From a virus (lineage: Duplodnaviria > Caudoviricetes): DNA of 64,000 nucleotides. A program made the position numbers and the translations under genes. This document shows, one piece after another, positions 6,669 to 16,512 of the stretch. The DNA is taken from positions 6,683 through 70,682 of the IMG/VR virus record IMGVR_UViG_3300038393_000327; one strand, given 5' to 3'. The stretch's first letter is position 1, and the number at the start of each line of letters is the position of its first letter. The notes under the pieces were generated by a model, which was given only the letters and a program-made list of their open reading frames with translations, made no database searches and was not told the origin of the DNA.

Positions 6669-6923
6669 TCAAAACTCCACATTGTAATAGAGTTTCGAAT
6701 ATTTCCTGATAATAGTTAGAACTTCATCAGGTATAGGTAGATCAAAATCAAACCAAGATTGTTCGTAACCTGGTTCAATCTTCATACAATGCTTACCTAT
6801 ATCAGTAACACCGCCTTTCGGAGTAGCGCGGAACAATACACGATAGGTTTCTGTCCTATCGGGATAAGACAAATCAATGTCAAATCCGTTTTCATATTGT
6901 TCTATTCTTTCATACGGTCGCAT
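6669..6923 (-). CDS. early hypothetical protein
   Basis: 84 aa, AAGGGAAA SD. Confidence 0.7.
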   Translation of the reverse strand: MRPYERIEQYENGFDIDLSYPDRTETYRVLFRATPKGGVTDIGKHCMKIEPGYEQSWFDFDLPIPDEVLTIIRKYSKLYYNVEF

Positions 6924-7026
6924 TAGTCTTTCCCTTTCTTTGTAGTGTTAAAACTACTAGGGATTAACTAGACGATAGGTCGTTATATCCTACTAGCTAA
7001 TAAAACCGCTCATATAAGCCGGTTGA

Positions 7027-7203
7027 TTAGTGAAGTTCTTTACGTTTCTTTCTTCCTTCAAAGCCGACTTGTTGAATACCTAAATAGATATGCCAGTCGG
7101 CAAACTCATATCTAGACCATTTCTTTCCGTTTTGGATTGAAATCGTATAGATAGTTTCAAAGTATATAGCCAATGCTAGATTTAAGCTTATTTCGTTATT
7201 CAT
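7027..7203 (-). CDS. early hypothetical protein (58 aa, not in ORF track)
   Basis: MNNEISLNLALAIYF...; start overlaps the upstream stop. Confidence 0.55.
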   Translation of the reverse strand: MNNEISLNLALAIYFETIYTISIQNGKKWSRYEFADWHIYLGIQQVGFEGRKKRKELH

Positions 7204-7529
7204 TTCATTACGTCTCTAATGACATGCAAAGGATTACCTTGCTTCATTAGTTCGCGTTGTTCTTGTATTGTCTTGGAATGAACTCTTACGATTTCTCCAG
7301 CCTTAGTATCCGACCATTCGATTGTATAACCGTTCAATACTCTATCGAATAAATCGTATTGTTCTTTCTGTACTACGGCGACCGTTGAACGCGAATGCTG
7401 TCTTTCCCAATCGCGCCAAGCTTTCCATTCAATGCAATCTGTATTTTGCGCTGATAATGGCAAGTCTTGAACACAAGCCCATAGATAAATACCACGGGCG
7501 ATATCACGCGTCTTAGCTGAATTGTTCAT
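7200..7529 (-). CDS. early hypothetical protein
   Basis: GAGGA SD before ATG 7529 (MNNSAKTRDIARG...). Confidence 0.7.
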   Translation of the reverse strand: MNNSAKTRDIARGIYLWACVQDLPLSAQNTDCIEWKAWRDWERQHSRSTVAVVQKEQYDLFDRVLNGYTIEWSDTKAGEIVRVHSKTIQEQRELMKQGNPLHVIRDVMK

Positions 7530-7736
7530 GTTAGTTATCCTCTTGTGTTGGGTTAGCGCTATGCGCCTCATAGAAGCCCATACAAGCGGTTTAACTAGCT
7601 AGTAGGATGGATCATGCCGACAAGAGAGAACGCGCGTTACAGCGCCTCTTGTGCGGTCCTATTCGATTGTCAAAGAACGGGCGGAAGTCGAGACCGGGGT
7701 TAACTCGTTTCGCCAATGCACTGCTATTCCTCCGGA

Positions 7737-7764
7737 ATTATCACATAACCCCATGAGATTTCAA
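7737..7764 (-). promoter_or_regulatory. possible sigma70-type early promoter
   Basis: TTGAAA-16-GATAAT with an upstream TG. Confidence 0.35.
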
Positions 7765-7879
7765 GCAATAAACATATCGCCAGGAAGGTCAACAGGGGAT
7801 AATTATTTTAAAAATCAACGGAAAAGGAGAAAAATATCTCTTTACTTTAAAAAATATGCATAAATTCCTATTTACCCTC

Positions 7880-7908
7880 TTGACAAACATTTTAAATATT
7901 GATATAAT
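7880..7908 (+). promoter_or_regulatory. consensus sigma70 promoter
   Basis: TTGACA-17 nt-TATAAT. Confidence 0.8.
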
Positions 7909-8502
7909 ATATGTATAAGGAAGAGAATAGAGATAGTTCATTGATAATAACATGAAGTATCAAAGAAAGAGTAGATAACAAAGATAAGAGTATTAGATGT
8001 TTTCGATTAAGCTTCTACTCTGGTTAGACTTCATTGGATAGTCATGAATGGTTTGAGTTAGAGTATCAAAGGCTCTAGCTGGGACAGTGAGCTATGATTA
8101 TGATCCGCGATGACTGGTGCGGGCAAGAATAGGTCTAGCTGTATAAGAGATATGTATCATTCATTTAATGGATAACTATGTCGATGTTATATAAGGCAAG
8201 TACTCATACATGATAGTGTTTACTCTTTATTGTATAAATCCCAAGTAATGGACAATGACCCAAAGCTAATACTGAATAGATAGTATTCACAAATATTAGA
8301 GATAATATACACGAAAAGTATGGCGCTCTCTACTTCTCATCCAAGTATATCTCAAAGTATAACACCTACTATACTTCCTGGTTGATAGTATAGCCGAAGT
8401 ATTACTCTAGTAGAGCCAGGGGAGAGGTGACAGGGTGGGGGTATACCGATATCGTATACACAGTCGGCGTAATTTTGGAAAAATCAAAGGTGTAAATATT
8501 CT

Positions 8503-8913
8503 ATGGCAAATAAAGAAAGAACAGAGCTACAACAGAAGTTCCTAGAGGCTCTATTTGGAGATGCCCAAGGTAATGTTCGTGAAGCTATGAGAATGGCTGG
8601 ATACGCAGAGAATACTAAGGTCTCCGAAGTTGTCCGGGCGCTCCGGGATGATATTGTAGAACAAGCCAATATGGTACTAGCTCTCAATTCTCCTAGGGCA
8701 GCAATGGAATTAGTAGGATTGCTCGTTGACCCAAACCAAGTAGCTGCACCGACTAAACTCAGAGCTATCCAAGAGATTCTTAATAGAGTTGGTGTTGATG
8801 CTCCTAAACAAGATCAAGACATCAATCTCAAAGTTCCACAAGGTGGTCTATTTATTATGCCTGCAAAGGGTAATGACAAGGAGATTAAAGATGAAGAAGA
8901 CAATGAAGGTTAA
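8503..8913 (+). CDS. terS: terminase small subunit
   Basis: HTH-like N-terminus (LTE/QQKFLEAL...AMRMAGY), directly upstream of terL. Confidence 0.7.
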   Translation: MANKERTELQQKFLEALFGDAQGNVREAMRMAGYAENTKVSEVVRALRDDIVEQANMVLALNSPRAAMELVGLLVDPNQVAAPTKLRAIQEILNRVGVDAPKQDQDINLKVPQGGLFIMPAKGNDKEIKDEEDNEG

Positions 8914-8925
8914 GAATTGTAAATC

Positions 8926-10842
8926 ATGCGGGAAACCAATGAACAAGGGCAGTCACAAGAACTGCTAAATGAGAAATATCCTGAAAGACCTCATCTTACT
9001 AGAATTCCTTACGGCTATATAAAGAAAGCAGGTGATCCTAATCTCCTCGTCCCTGATCCGGCTGTTATCCCACTCCTTGATCAAGCCTTAGACCAGTTAG
9101 ACGCAGGTATATCTCTACGGACAGTCACGGAGTGGTTGAATGCTAATACACCTGAATACGCTCAATTATCTCACTCTGGTCTAGTTAAACTCAGGAAGTT
9201 CTACAGACCTAATGCTAAGGTAAAGAAAGCTCCAATAAAGAGACTAACTCCTGATGAGAAAGCAGCCAAGAAAAGAAGGATGCTTATTGCTCAGGAAAAG
9301 AAGAAGATTAAGAATGCTCAAAAGAGGGCAGCCCGGTTAGGAGAAGAACTAACTATAATCAAAGAGAATACTATCGATGCAAAGGATAGGTCTCTGTTGA
9401 TGGAGTTAGACTATTCATCTCCTGAATACAAAGAAATAGAACAAGAAGAGATTCCTGTTGTCTTTAAACCTAACCCCGGACCACAAACCCTCTTCTTTGC
9501 TGCAGAAGAACTCGAAGTTCTCTATGGTGGTGCAGCAGGGGGAGGAAAGTCCTACGCTCTAATCGCTGACCCAATGCGGTACTTCGATAATAAGCATTTT
9601 CGTGGGTTGATCCTTCGTAGAACCAATGACGAACTCCGTGAACTGATCTGGAAATCTCAAGAGTTGTATCCTCAGATTTGGGATAAGGCTCAATGGAGAG
9701 AGAAAGACAAGGAATGGAGATTTCCTTCTGGTGCTAGACTCTGGATGACTTATCTCGAAAGAGATGAAGACGTAATGCGTTACCACGGTCAGGCATTTAC
9801 TTATATCGGTATCGACGAGTTAACTCAATACTCTACTCCATTTGCTTGGAACTTCATGAGGTCTCGTCTCCGTGATGCTTCTGGTACTCTCCCTCTATTC
9901 ATGAGAGCTACCACAAACCCCGGCGGCCCCGGCCACGGATGGGTCAAGAGGATGTTCGTTGATCCTGCCCCGAAGGGGAAAGCTTTCTGGGCAACAGACA
10001 TCGATTCAGGGGAAACTCTAACCTTCCCTAAAGACCATCCTAAGTCAGGACAACCTCTCTTTAAAAGACGTTTCATCCCTGCCCGTGTCTCAGACAATCC
10101 TTATATCTGGGCCGATGGTAACTATGAAGCCAATCTGATGTCTCTCCCTGAAGTCCAACGTAAACAACTTCTTGAAGGGGATTGGTCTGTTGCAGATGGC
10201 GCAGCCTTCTCAGAATTCAATGAAAGAGTCCATACTTGTGAACCATTCGAGGTTCCTGCTGGTTGGAGGAAGTTCAGAAGTTGTGACTTCGGTTATTCAA
10301 CTTTCTCTGCAGTACATTGGTATGCTATTGATCCTGAAGATGTCCTTTATGTTTATAGAGAACTCTATGTCTCTAAGAAGACTGGTAAGGAACTCGCCCG
10401 GCTAATATTGGATTTAGAAAAGAATGAGAAAGTCACTTATGGTGTCCTAGACTCTTCTGTCTGGGCTCAAAGAGGACAAACCGGCCCGAGTATCGCAGAA
10501 GAAATGATCGCAGAGGGTTGCCGTTGGAGGCCATCAGATCGTACCGCAGGTAGCCGTATCAATGGAAAGAACAGACTTCACGAACTCTTGAAGGTGAATA
10601 AATACACCAATCGCCCCGGCATCATCTTCTTTAATACTTGTCGCCAAATCATCGCTGATCTACCTATGATCCCTATGGACCCTAAAGGTGGAGAAGACAT
10701 TGATGATAGATATTTATCTGATCACGCTTATGACTCAATTCGTTATGGTATCATGACTAGACCCCGTGGTAATGAAGTAATGTCACTACAAAACTACAAG
10801 GTTACTCATTGGATGCCTTCAGACCCCACTTTTGGATATTAA
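8926..10842 (+). CDS. terL: terminase large subunit with ~170 aa N-terminal extension
   Basis: YGGAAGGGKS Walker A, GIDELTQ Walker B, RATTNPGG, C-terminal DHAYDSIRY nuclease motif. Confidence 0.95.
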   Translation: MRETNEQGQSQELLNEKYPERPHLTRIPYGYIKKAGDPNLLVPDPAVIPLLDQALDQLDAGISLRTVTEWLNANTPEYAQLSHSGLVKLRKFYRPNAKVKKAPIKRLTPDEKAAKKRRMLIAQEKKKIKNAQKRAARLGEELTIIKENTIDAKDRSLLMELDYSSPEYKEIEQEEIPVVFKPNPGPQTLFFAAEELEVLYGGAAGGGKSYALIADPMRYFDNKHFRGLILRRTNDELRELIWKSQELYPQIWDKAQWREKDKEWRFPSGARLWMTYLERDEDVMRYHGQAFTYIGIDELTQYSTPFAWNFMRSRLRDASGTLPLFMRATTNPGGPGHGWVKRMFVDPAPKGKAFWATDIDSGETLTFPKDHPKSGQPLFKRRFIPARVSDNPYIWADGNYEANLMSLPEVQRKQLLEGDWSVADGAAFSEFNERVHTCEPFEVPAGWRKFRSCDFGYSTFSAVHWYAIDPEDVLYVYRELYVSKKTGKELARLILDLEKNEKVTYGVLDSSVWAQRGQTGPSIAEEMIAEGCRWRPSDRTAGSRINGKNRLHELLKVNKYTNRPGIIFFNTCRQIIADLPMIPMDPKGGEDIDDRYLSDHAYDSIRYGIMTRPRGNEVMSLQNYKVTHWMPSDPTFGY

Positions 10843-10852
10843 GAGGAAGTAA

Positions 10853-13009
10853 ATGGATAAACCAAAGGTTACAACCAGTAATAGGTTTTACTCTCCCCAA
10901 GATGGGTTTATGAGTCAAGGTCTCACTACTGAAACAGACAACGCTAACGATGAAATCCTAGCTCTCAGAGAAGGTAAAGATGTAGCCAACGAGACACTTC
11001 AATACCAACCTCTTGTTGCTCATATCAAAGAAAGATACACTCGGGCTAAGAATAAAAGACTTCTAGATGAGCAACGCTGGTTATCAGCTTATCGGAATTA
11101 CAGAGGTATTTATTCCCCAGAAGTAGCTTTCACAGATACTGAGAAGTCTAGAGCTTTCATCAAGATCACTAAGACTAAAGTCCTTGCTGCTTATGCTCAA
11201 GTCTCCGATATTCTTTGGTCAGGTGCTAAATTCCCTATTGGAGTTGAAGCTTCTAATATCCCAGAGGGTGTAGCCGATACGGTTCATCTAGACCCTAAAG
11301 AACCTGATACTTCTCAGGGTCCTCAACAACAATCAACCATCGCCCGGCCAGATATCGCACAACTCTTAGGTCCTCTAAAACAAAAACTAGAACCTGTTGT
11401 CGATAAGCTAAAAGAAGGCCCCGGCCTCACCCCTACATCTTTCACATGGTCCCCTGCTGTTGAAGCTGCAAGGAAAATGGATCAAAAGTTGCAGGATCAA
11501 ATGAATGAAGCAGGTGCAGATAAATCACTTCGCTCCGTTGCTTTTGAAATGTGTTTGTTTGGTCAGGGGGTGTTTAAAGGTCCTTTAGCTAAAGATAAAG
11601 AATATCCTAAGTGGACTGAAGATGGAACTTACCAACCTTCTATTAAACGTATTCCAGATATGGAGTTCGTTAGTATTTGGGACTCTTATCCTGATCCAGA
11701 TGCTATTAATATGGATGATTGTGAATATTTTATCCAAAGACATAGGATGTCTAAGTCTCAATTAAGGCAACTAAAGAAGCGTCCTTATTTCCGTGAAAAG
11801 AGTATTGAGAATGCTATTTCCGATAACTTCAATTACATCGAAGAGTATTGGGAGAACACGATTAAAGACTATATGCTTCGTCAGGGTACAGAGAGATTTG
11901 AGGTTTTCGAGTTTTGGGGTAACGTAGATAGTGATTTCGAAGAAATCGCTGAACTAGAAATCCCTGATGACTATAAAGACAAAGATCAAGTTCAGGTGAA
12001 TATCTGGGTTTGTAATGGTCACATCCTTCGTGTTGTGTTCAACCCATTCACTCCTGCTCGTATCCCATATCACTCAGTTCCTTATGAACTCAATCCATAT
12101 TCCTTCTTTGGGATTGGTGTTGCCGAGAATATGGAAGACACTCAACTTCTCATGAACGGTTTTGCTCGTTCAATGGTAGATAATGGTGTGCTATCTGGTA
12201 ACGTTATTCTAGAAATCAACGAAGATAATCTAGTTCCCGGACAAGATTTTAAAATCCATCCGGGTAAAATTTTTAGAACAACAGGGCAACTAGGACAAAC
12301 TATCCATTCTATTGATGTCAAGAGCGTGTCTCAAGAACTCATGGCTATGTTTGATAAAGCTAGACAGCTTGCTGACGAAGCAACTGGTATCCCTAGTTAT
12401 TCACATGGTCAAGGTGGTATCCAAGGTATTGGTCGTACCGCTTCAGGTATGCAAATGCTCATGGGTGCTGCTGCTCAGAATATCAAAGCAGTCGTTCGTA
12501 ACATCGATGACTATCTACTTGTTCCTCTAGCTCGTGATCTCTTTGCGTTTAATATGCAATATGATTTTGATCCTCAATTTATTGGTGATCTTAAATGTGT
12601 TGCTCTAGGTACAACTTCTCTAATGAGGAATGAAGTACGTTCTCAGAAAATACTTCAATTCCTGCAATTGACAGCTAATCCTATGGATGCTCCTTGGGTT
12701 AAGAGAGACTATCTACTACGTGAACTAGCAGAGTCTCTTGATCTAGAAGCAGAGAAATCTGTTAATGATCCAAGAGAAGCTGGCTTGCAAGCTGAACAGA
12801 TGAAAGCAATGATGGAAGCTCAAGGTATTGATCCTAATAAGCAAGGAGCCCAAGGTTCCCCATCTGTTCCCGGTGCAGGAACTCCTTCTTCAGGTAGTTC
12901 TGTTGGACAAGGTGGATCACCAGTTCCCGGAGAACAAGGTTTCTCTGGTGGCGGTGGTGGGTCACAACAAGCTGCTAACGTGAATAAGGCTAAGGCTCAG
13001 AATGGATAA
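10853..13009 (+). CDS. portal protein
   Basis: 718 aa after terL; P22/SIO1-type motifs (PYELNPYSFFGIGV, RTASGMQMLM). Confidence 0.9.
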   Translation: MDKPKVTTSNRFYSPQDGFMSQGLTTETDNANDEILALREGKDVANETLQYQPLVAHIKERYTRAKNKRLLDEQRWLSAYRNYRGIYSPEVAFTDTEKSRAFIKITKTKVLAAYAQVSDILWSGAKFPIGVEASNIPEGVADTVHLDPKEPDTSQGPQQQSTIARPDIAQLLGPLKQKLEPVVDKLKEGPGLTPTSFTWSPAVEAARKMDQKLQDQMNEAGADKSLRSVAFEMCLFGQGVFKGPLAKDKEYPKWTEDGTYQPSIKRIPDMEFVSIWDSYPDPDAINMDDCEYFIQRHRMSKSQLRQLKKRPYFREKSIENAISDNFNYIEEYWENTIKDYMLRQGTERFEVFEFWGNVDSDFEEIAELEIPDDYKDKDQVQVNIWVCNGHILRVVFNPFTPARIPYHSVPYELNPYSFFGIGVAENMEDTQLLMNGFARSMVDNGVLSGNVILEINEDNLVPGQDFKIHPGKIFRTTGQLGQTIHSIDVKSVSQELMAMFDKARQLADEATGIPSYSHGQGGIQGIGRTASGMQMLMGAAAQNIKAVVRNIDDYLLVPLARDLFAFNMQYDFDPQFIGDLKCVALGTTSLMRNEVRSQKILQFLQLTANPMDAPWVKRDYLLRELAESLDLEAEKSVNDPREAGLQAEQMKAMMEAQGIDPNKQGAQGSPSVPGAGTPSSGSSVGQGGSPVPGEQGFSGGGGGSQQAANVNKAKAQNG

Positions 13010-13217
13010 GAGATTAGCTAACGATATTATACAACACTTCGATATGAAAACAATGCAAGTCCTTGAAGCTTATATCCAAGATAGAGAGGAGTATCTTTTC
13101 AAACAAATGAAGACTTCTCTGGACTCTGATGGTTGGAGAAAGTTTCAAGGAGCTTGTCAAGAATTAGACATACTCAGAAAGATTAGGGAATACGCTATAG
13201 CGATAAAGGAGAGCTAA
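13002..13217 (+). CDS. small conserved post-portal protein
   Basis: 71 aa; ...FQG...L..L..I.E pattern typical of this position. Confidence 0.7.
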   Translation: MDKRLANDIIQHFDMKTMQVLEAYIQDREEYLFKQMKTSLDSDGWRKFQGACQELDILRKIREYAIAIKES

Positions 13218-16154
13218 ATGGCATTTAATATACCAAGTTATAATGGCCTAGCTTCTCTAGGAACAGATGATAAGAAGAAACCTAATAGTTCTTCAGATGA
13301 CAAAAAGAAAACTGATAAGGCTGCAAAGAAGAAGGCTGAAGACGAAAAGCATCTAAGAGACAACGGTCTAAGCCCAACTTCTCAATCCGGTATTGAGGCA
13401 ATCACTGATCCAATGCCTTCTGGTCCTTTAGCCATGACACAACTAGTTCGTGGTGAAGACGGTAAGATGCATTCAGTCTACGTTGACGCTACTACTGGTC
13501 AAGCTCTTAGTGATCTTAAAGGTTATACGATCATTGACGGTCAAACCTTTTATGATGTCACTGCATCAGATGATAAGAATAAAGACGGTAAAGTCTCTAC
13601 TTCAGAAACAGATACTAAAGCTTCTAACATCCCTTCATCTGATGGTAGTGGTCGGTCTGTTCTACAAGAAAGAGGTTCTGGTACTTCAGCACTTGACGGG
13701 CCTCAAACACCTGGTCCTGCGGCTACTGCAAGTAATAACTTCGGTTATACTTCCAAGCCTAGTGGTCTCGGTGTTCTTGGTCTGGCTGCTGGAGTTGTTA
13801 ACCCTGCTCTAGGTGGTGCTGTCAGTATGGCTTCTAAAGCCATTAACGTGGGCAATATGTCTGCAGTTAATGAGGCTAGAAAAGGTCTAGGTCTCCCCGG
13901 TCTTACTGGTGCACAACAAGTTAAAGGTGCTCTTAAAGACAATAGAGGTCAAATCGCTAACGTTAATATTGGTGATAACAAGTATTCAGTTGGCTTCGAA
14001 GCATTGTCTCCTGACAACAAAACTAATCTAACTTATAACGAAGCAAAAACTCGTGAAGCTCTGGCTAAGACGAATATCACTGAGACTCCTAAAGATCAGG
14101 TTACTAAAGCTCCAGAGAAAACTAGTCAATCTCTCGCTTCTAAGATTACTGGATTAAATAAAGGTTGGTTGACTAAAGCATTAAATCAACTTGTCGGTGT
14201 TGATCCTACTTCAACAGTAGAACCTGGACAAGTAGAGCCAACGGTTGCTCAAAGTGTTCCTACACCAACAGCCAAGCCTTCTCAAGAGGCTTCTATTGGC
14301 CTTCCTCAATCGGCACCCGCACCTACTAGTGCTACGAATACTACCCCTACATCTTCAAATGGTGTAGGACTTATTGGACGACCCAATAATCCTGGTGTGA
14401 TTGCGGGTGCTACACCTGATGCTTTAGGACGTGTGTCTTTACAATCAGTAGATTTCGATAAGATGGGTCTTCAACCAGCTATGGCTGCTCAAATGAAGAG
14501 TTTTCAGAAAGCTGCTGCTGCTCAAAATCTTGATTTGTCTGTTGATGTAGCAAATATGAATAGAACTGCTGCTCAACAACAGTCAATTGTAGATGCAGGA
14601 TACTCTAAAACAAATAATTCTTATCACAGAGTTGGTTTAGCAGCGGATATTTCTGCAACTAAACTTAATGCTAAGAACCAGCCTGATCCAGCAACTCAAG
14701 CAGCCTCTCGTGCGTTGGCTGAAAAACTTGGTTTAAATACTCTTAGTGCTTCATTTGACCCTGCTCACGTTGAAGCACACGTCCCCGGAGAGACTGCAAA
14801 AAGTCTTATGAACCGTCCAAGAGATGCATTTGGTAATATCCAACTATCTCCTGAAGAAGATTTAAGTGTTAGAAATAATTCAGTTCCTACACCAACAGAA
14901 CGCCCTTCTACAACCCCAGAAGTCGATAGAAATTATTCTGGTCAAGGAGTGTTCGGTACTGATGATGCTACGGCAACTCCTGGTCCAAACCACTCTCTAG
15001 GCGCTCCTAGTGTAGCAACTTCTGCTCCAATAGGACCTAATCATTCTCTTGGAGCCTCAGAGGCTTCGACTAGTTTAGGATATATTGGTGCAAATCATTC
15101 TTTAGGTGCTCCTGCTCCAGATGGTACTGATTATTCAGGTGCTGGTGCATTACCTAATGCTGATAGTATAGGAATGACACCTAGTACTAATACTACACCT
15201 CATGCAAATAACAATCTAGGTACAACTCCTGCTGCTTTAGCAGCTATGGGTTTCACTCCTAGAAGCGCAACGCAAAAAGCAGAAATGGCTAGAACCATTG
15301 CAGGAGAACTTTCTCAGAAAAGTCTCAAAGCCCTAGCATCAACTGATCCTGCTACCGCTGCTGCAGCTAAGAACGAAGTCGGTTCTATGCTTGCTACTAT
15401 GGAAAATAGAGCAGCAAGCGATAAATACGGAAGTATTTCTAAGACTTTGGCTCCTAGTCAGTATAATTCTCTGTTCTCAAAGAACTTGAAGACTACTAAT
15501 CAGAATTATGCTAACAACAAAGACTCTATCAACGCTGCTGTTAGTGATTATTATTCAGGTAATCTTCCTGATGCTAACTATGGTGCTACCAACTACCATG
15601 CAACAAACATGTCTAAACCTCCAGGTTGGAGTAAAGCCATGAGTAGTGTGTCACAGATTGGAGATCATACATTCGGTAATCTTCCTGGTTATACACCATC
15701 TGCCGCCTCACAAGCTGCTTCTAAGGCTTTTGGAACCATGGCAGGTACTAGTTACTCTCCCGGTAAAGCCTCAGATGACGCTGTAGGACCCGGTACTAGT
15801 AATCCATCACAATATGGTGGCGCTGGATATACCCCCGGTGGTATGGATTCTCCTTCTAATTCTTCTAGAACCCCTGCTGCGTCCACTGGACTAGGTGTTC
15901 CCGGTTATGGTGGTGTTGGATTAGGATACGGTGGTGTTGCTCAATCAGGCAATTCTACACCTGCTTCTGGTAATTCTGGTGCTTCTGCCAGTTCTTCCCC
16001 CGGTGGTTCTACAGGTTCTGGTGCTTCAGGCGCTGGTTCCGGTGGTGGAGCTTCAGGTGGTGGTATAGGTAGAGGTGCTTCTACTGGTGGTTCTCCTGCT
16101 GCTAGTGGCGGATATGCTACCGGAGCCACGAAAGGCTCAACAGGAGGGTTATAA
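13218..16154 (+). CDS. large virion protein with M15-like peptidase and SleB/Hydrolase_2-like domains
   Basis: R.A.QQ...S.H..G.AADI...FDPAHVE; TIAGE...ENRA...QY...ATNYHA..P.W...IGDHTF; Gly/Ser-rich tail. Confidence 0.75.
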   Translation: MAFNIPSYNGLASLGTDDKKKPNSSSDDKKKTDKAAKKKAEDEKHLRDNGLSPTSQSGIEAITDPMPSGPLAMTQLVRGEDGKMHSVYVDATTGQALSDLKGYTIIDGQTFYDVTASDDKNKDGKVSTSETDTKASNIPSSDGSGRSVLQERGSGTSALDGPQTPGPAATASNNFGYTSKPSGLGVLGLAAGVVNPALGGAVSMASKAINVGNMSAVNEARKGLGLPGLTGAQQVKGALKDNRGQIANVNIGDNKYSVGFEALSPDNKTNLTYNEAKTREALAKTNITETPKDQVTKAPEKTSQSLASKITGLNKGWLTKALNQLVGVDPTSTVEPGQVEPTVAQSVPTPTAKPSQEASIGLPQSAPAPTSATNTTPTSSNGVGLIGRPNNPGVIAGATPDALGRVSLQSVDFDKMGLQPAMAAQMKSFQKAAAAQNLDLSVDVANMNRTAAQQQSIVDAGYSKTNNSYHRVGLAADISATKLNAKNQPDPATQAASRALAEKLGLNTLSASFDPAHVEAHVPGETAKSLMNRPRDAFGNIQLSPEEDLSVRNNSVPTPTERPSTTPEVDRNYSGQGVFGTDDATATPGPNHSLGAPSVATSAPIGPNHSLGASEASTSLGYIGANHSLGAPAPDGTDYSGAGALPNADSIGMTPSTNTTPHANNNLGTTPAALAAMGFTPRSATQKAEMARTIAGELSQKSLKALASTDPATAAAAKNEVGSMLATMENRAASDKYGSISKTLAPSQYNSLFSKNLKTTNQNYANNKDSINAAVSDYYSGNLPDANYGATNYHATNMSKPPGWSKAMSSVSQIGDHTFGNLPGYTPSAASQAASKAFGTMAGTSYSPGKASDDAVGPGTSNPSQYGGAGYTPGGMDSPSNSSRTPAASTGLGVPGYGGVGLGYGGVAQSGNSTPASGNSGASASSSPGGSTGSGASGAGSGGGASGGGIGRGASTGGSPAASGGYATGATKGSTGGL

Positions 16155-16468
16155 TGAAGCTAAAAAATAGTAAATTCTACAATAAACCTAATCCAAATGT
16201 AGAAGATAGAACAACCGATATCCCACCTGATCCTCAAGAAGGTGAAAAACTCTGGGGTGGTGGTGTTTATCATAAACCAAAAAACACAAAAATCTCTGAT
16301 GACGTGGAGTTTAATCCTGATGACAAGAAAGAAATGTCTGTTGTCAAGGAATTAGCTAAGAAAAACATTGAAGGAACTACTCCTACACCCACTCCGAGAC
16401 CTTCAGACGGCTTCAAAAGCCATGATAATCTAGTTACTCCCGGTAAATGGAGAACTAAATCTAAATAA
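16154..16468 (+). CDS. small hydrophilic protein with C-terminal VTPGKWR motif
   Basis: 104 aa; TAATG coupling. Confidence 0.7.
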   Translation: MKLKNSKFYNKPNPNVEDRTTDIPPDPQEGEKLWGGGVYHKPKNTKISDDVEFNPDDKKEMSVVKELAKKNIEGTTPTPTPRPSDGFKSHDNLVTPGKWRTKSK

Positions 16469-16512
16469 TATGGGCTACCCTATCTCAAAGGCCCCCAGCA
16501 TAAGGACTTATA

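Larger units (their letters stand above)
6432..6980. repeat. 27-bp imperfect inverted repeat pair (6432-6458 / 6954-6980), long-range RNA stalk 1
   Basis: 24/27 Watson-Crick; the remainder is 2 G.U and 1 U.U on the minus-strand transcript. Confidence 0.8.
6987..7608. repeat. 34-bp imperfect inverted repeat pair (6987-7020 / 7575-7608), long-range RNA stalk 2
   Basis: 27/34 Watson-Crick, 6 G.U and 1 U.U on the minus-strand transcript; same CTAGTTAA/TTTATTAG core as stalk 1. Confidence 0.8.
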
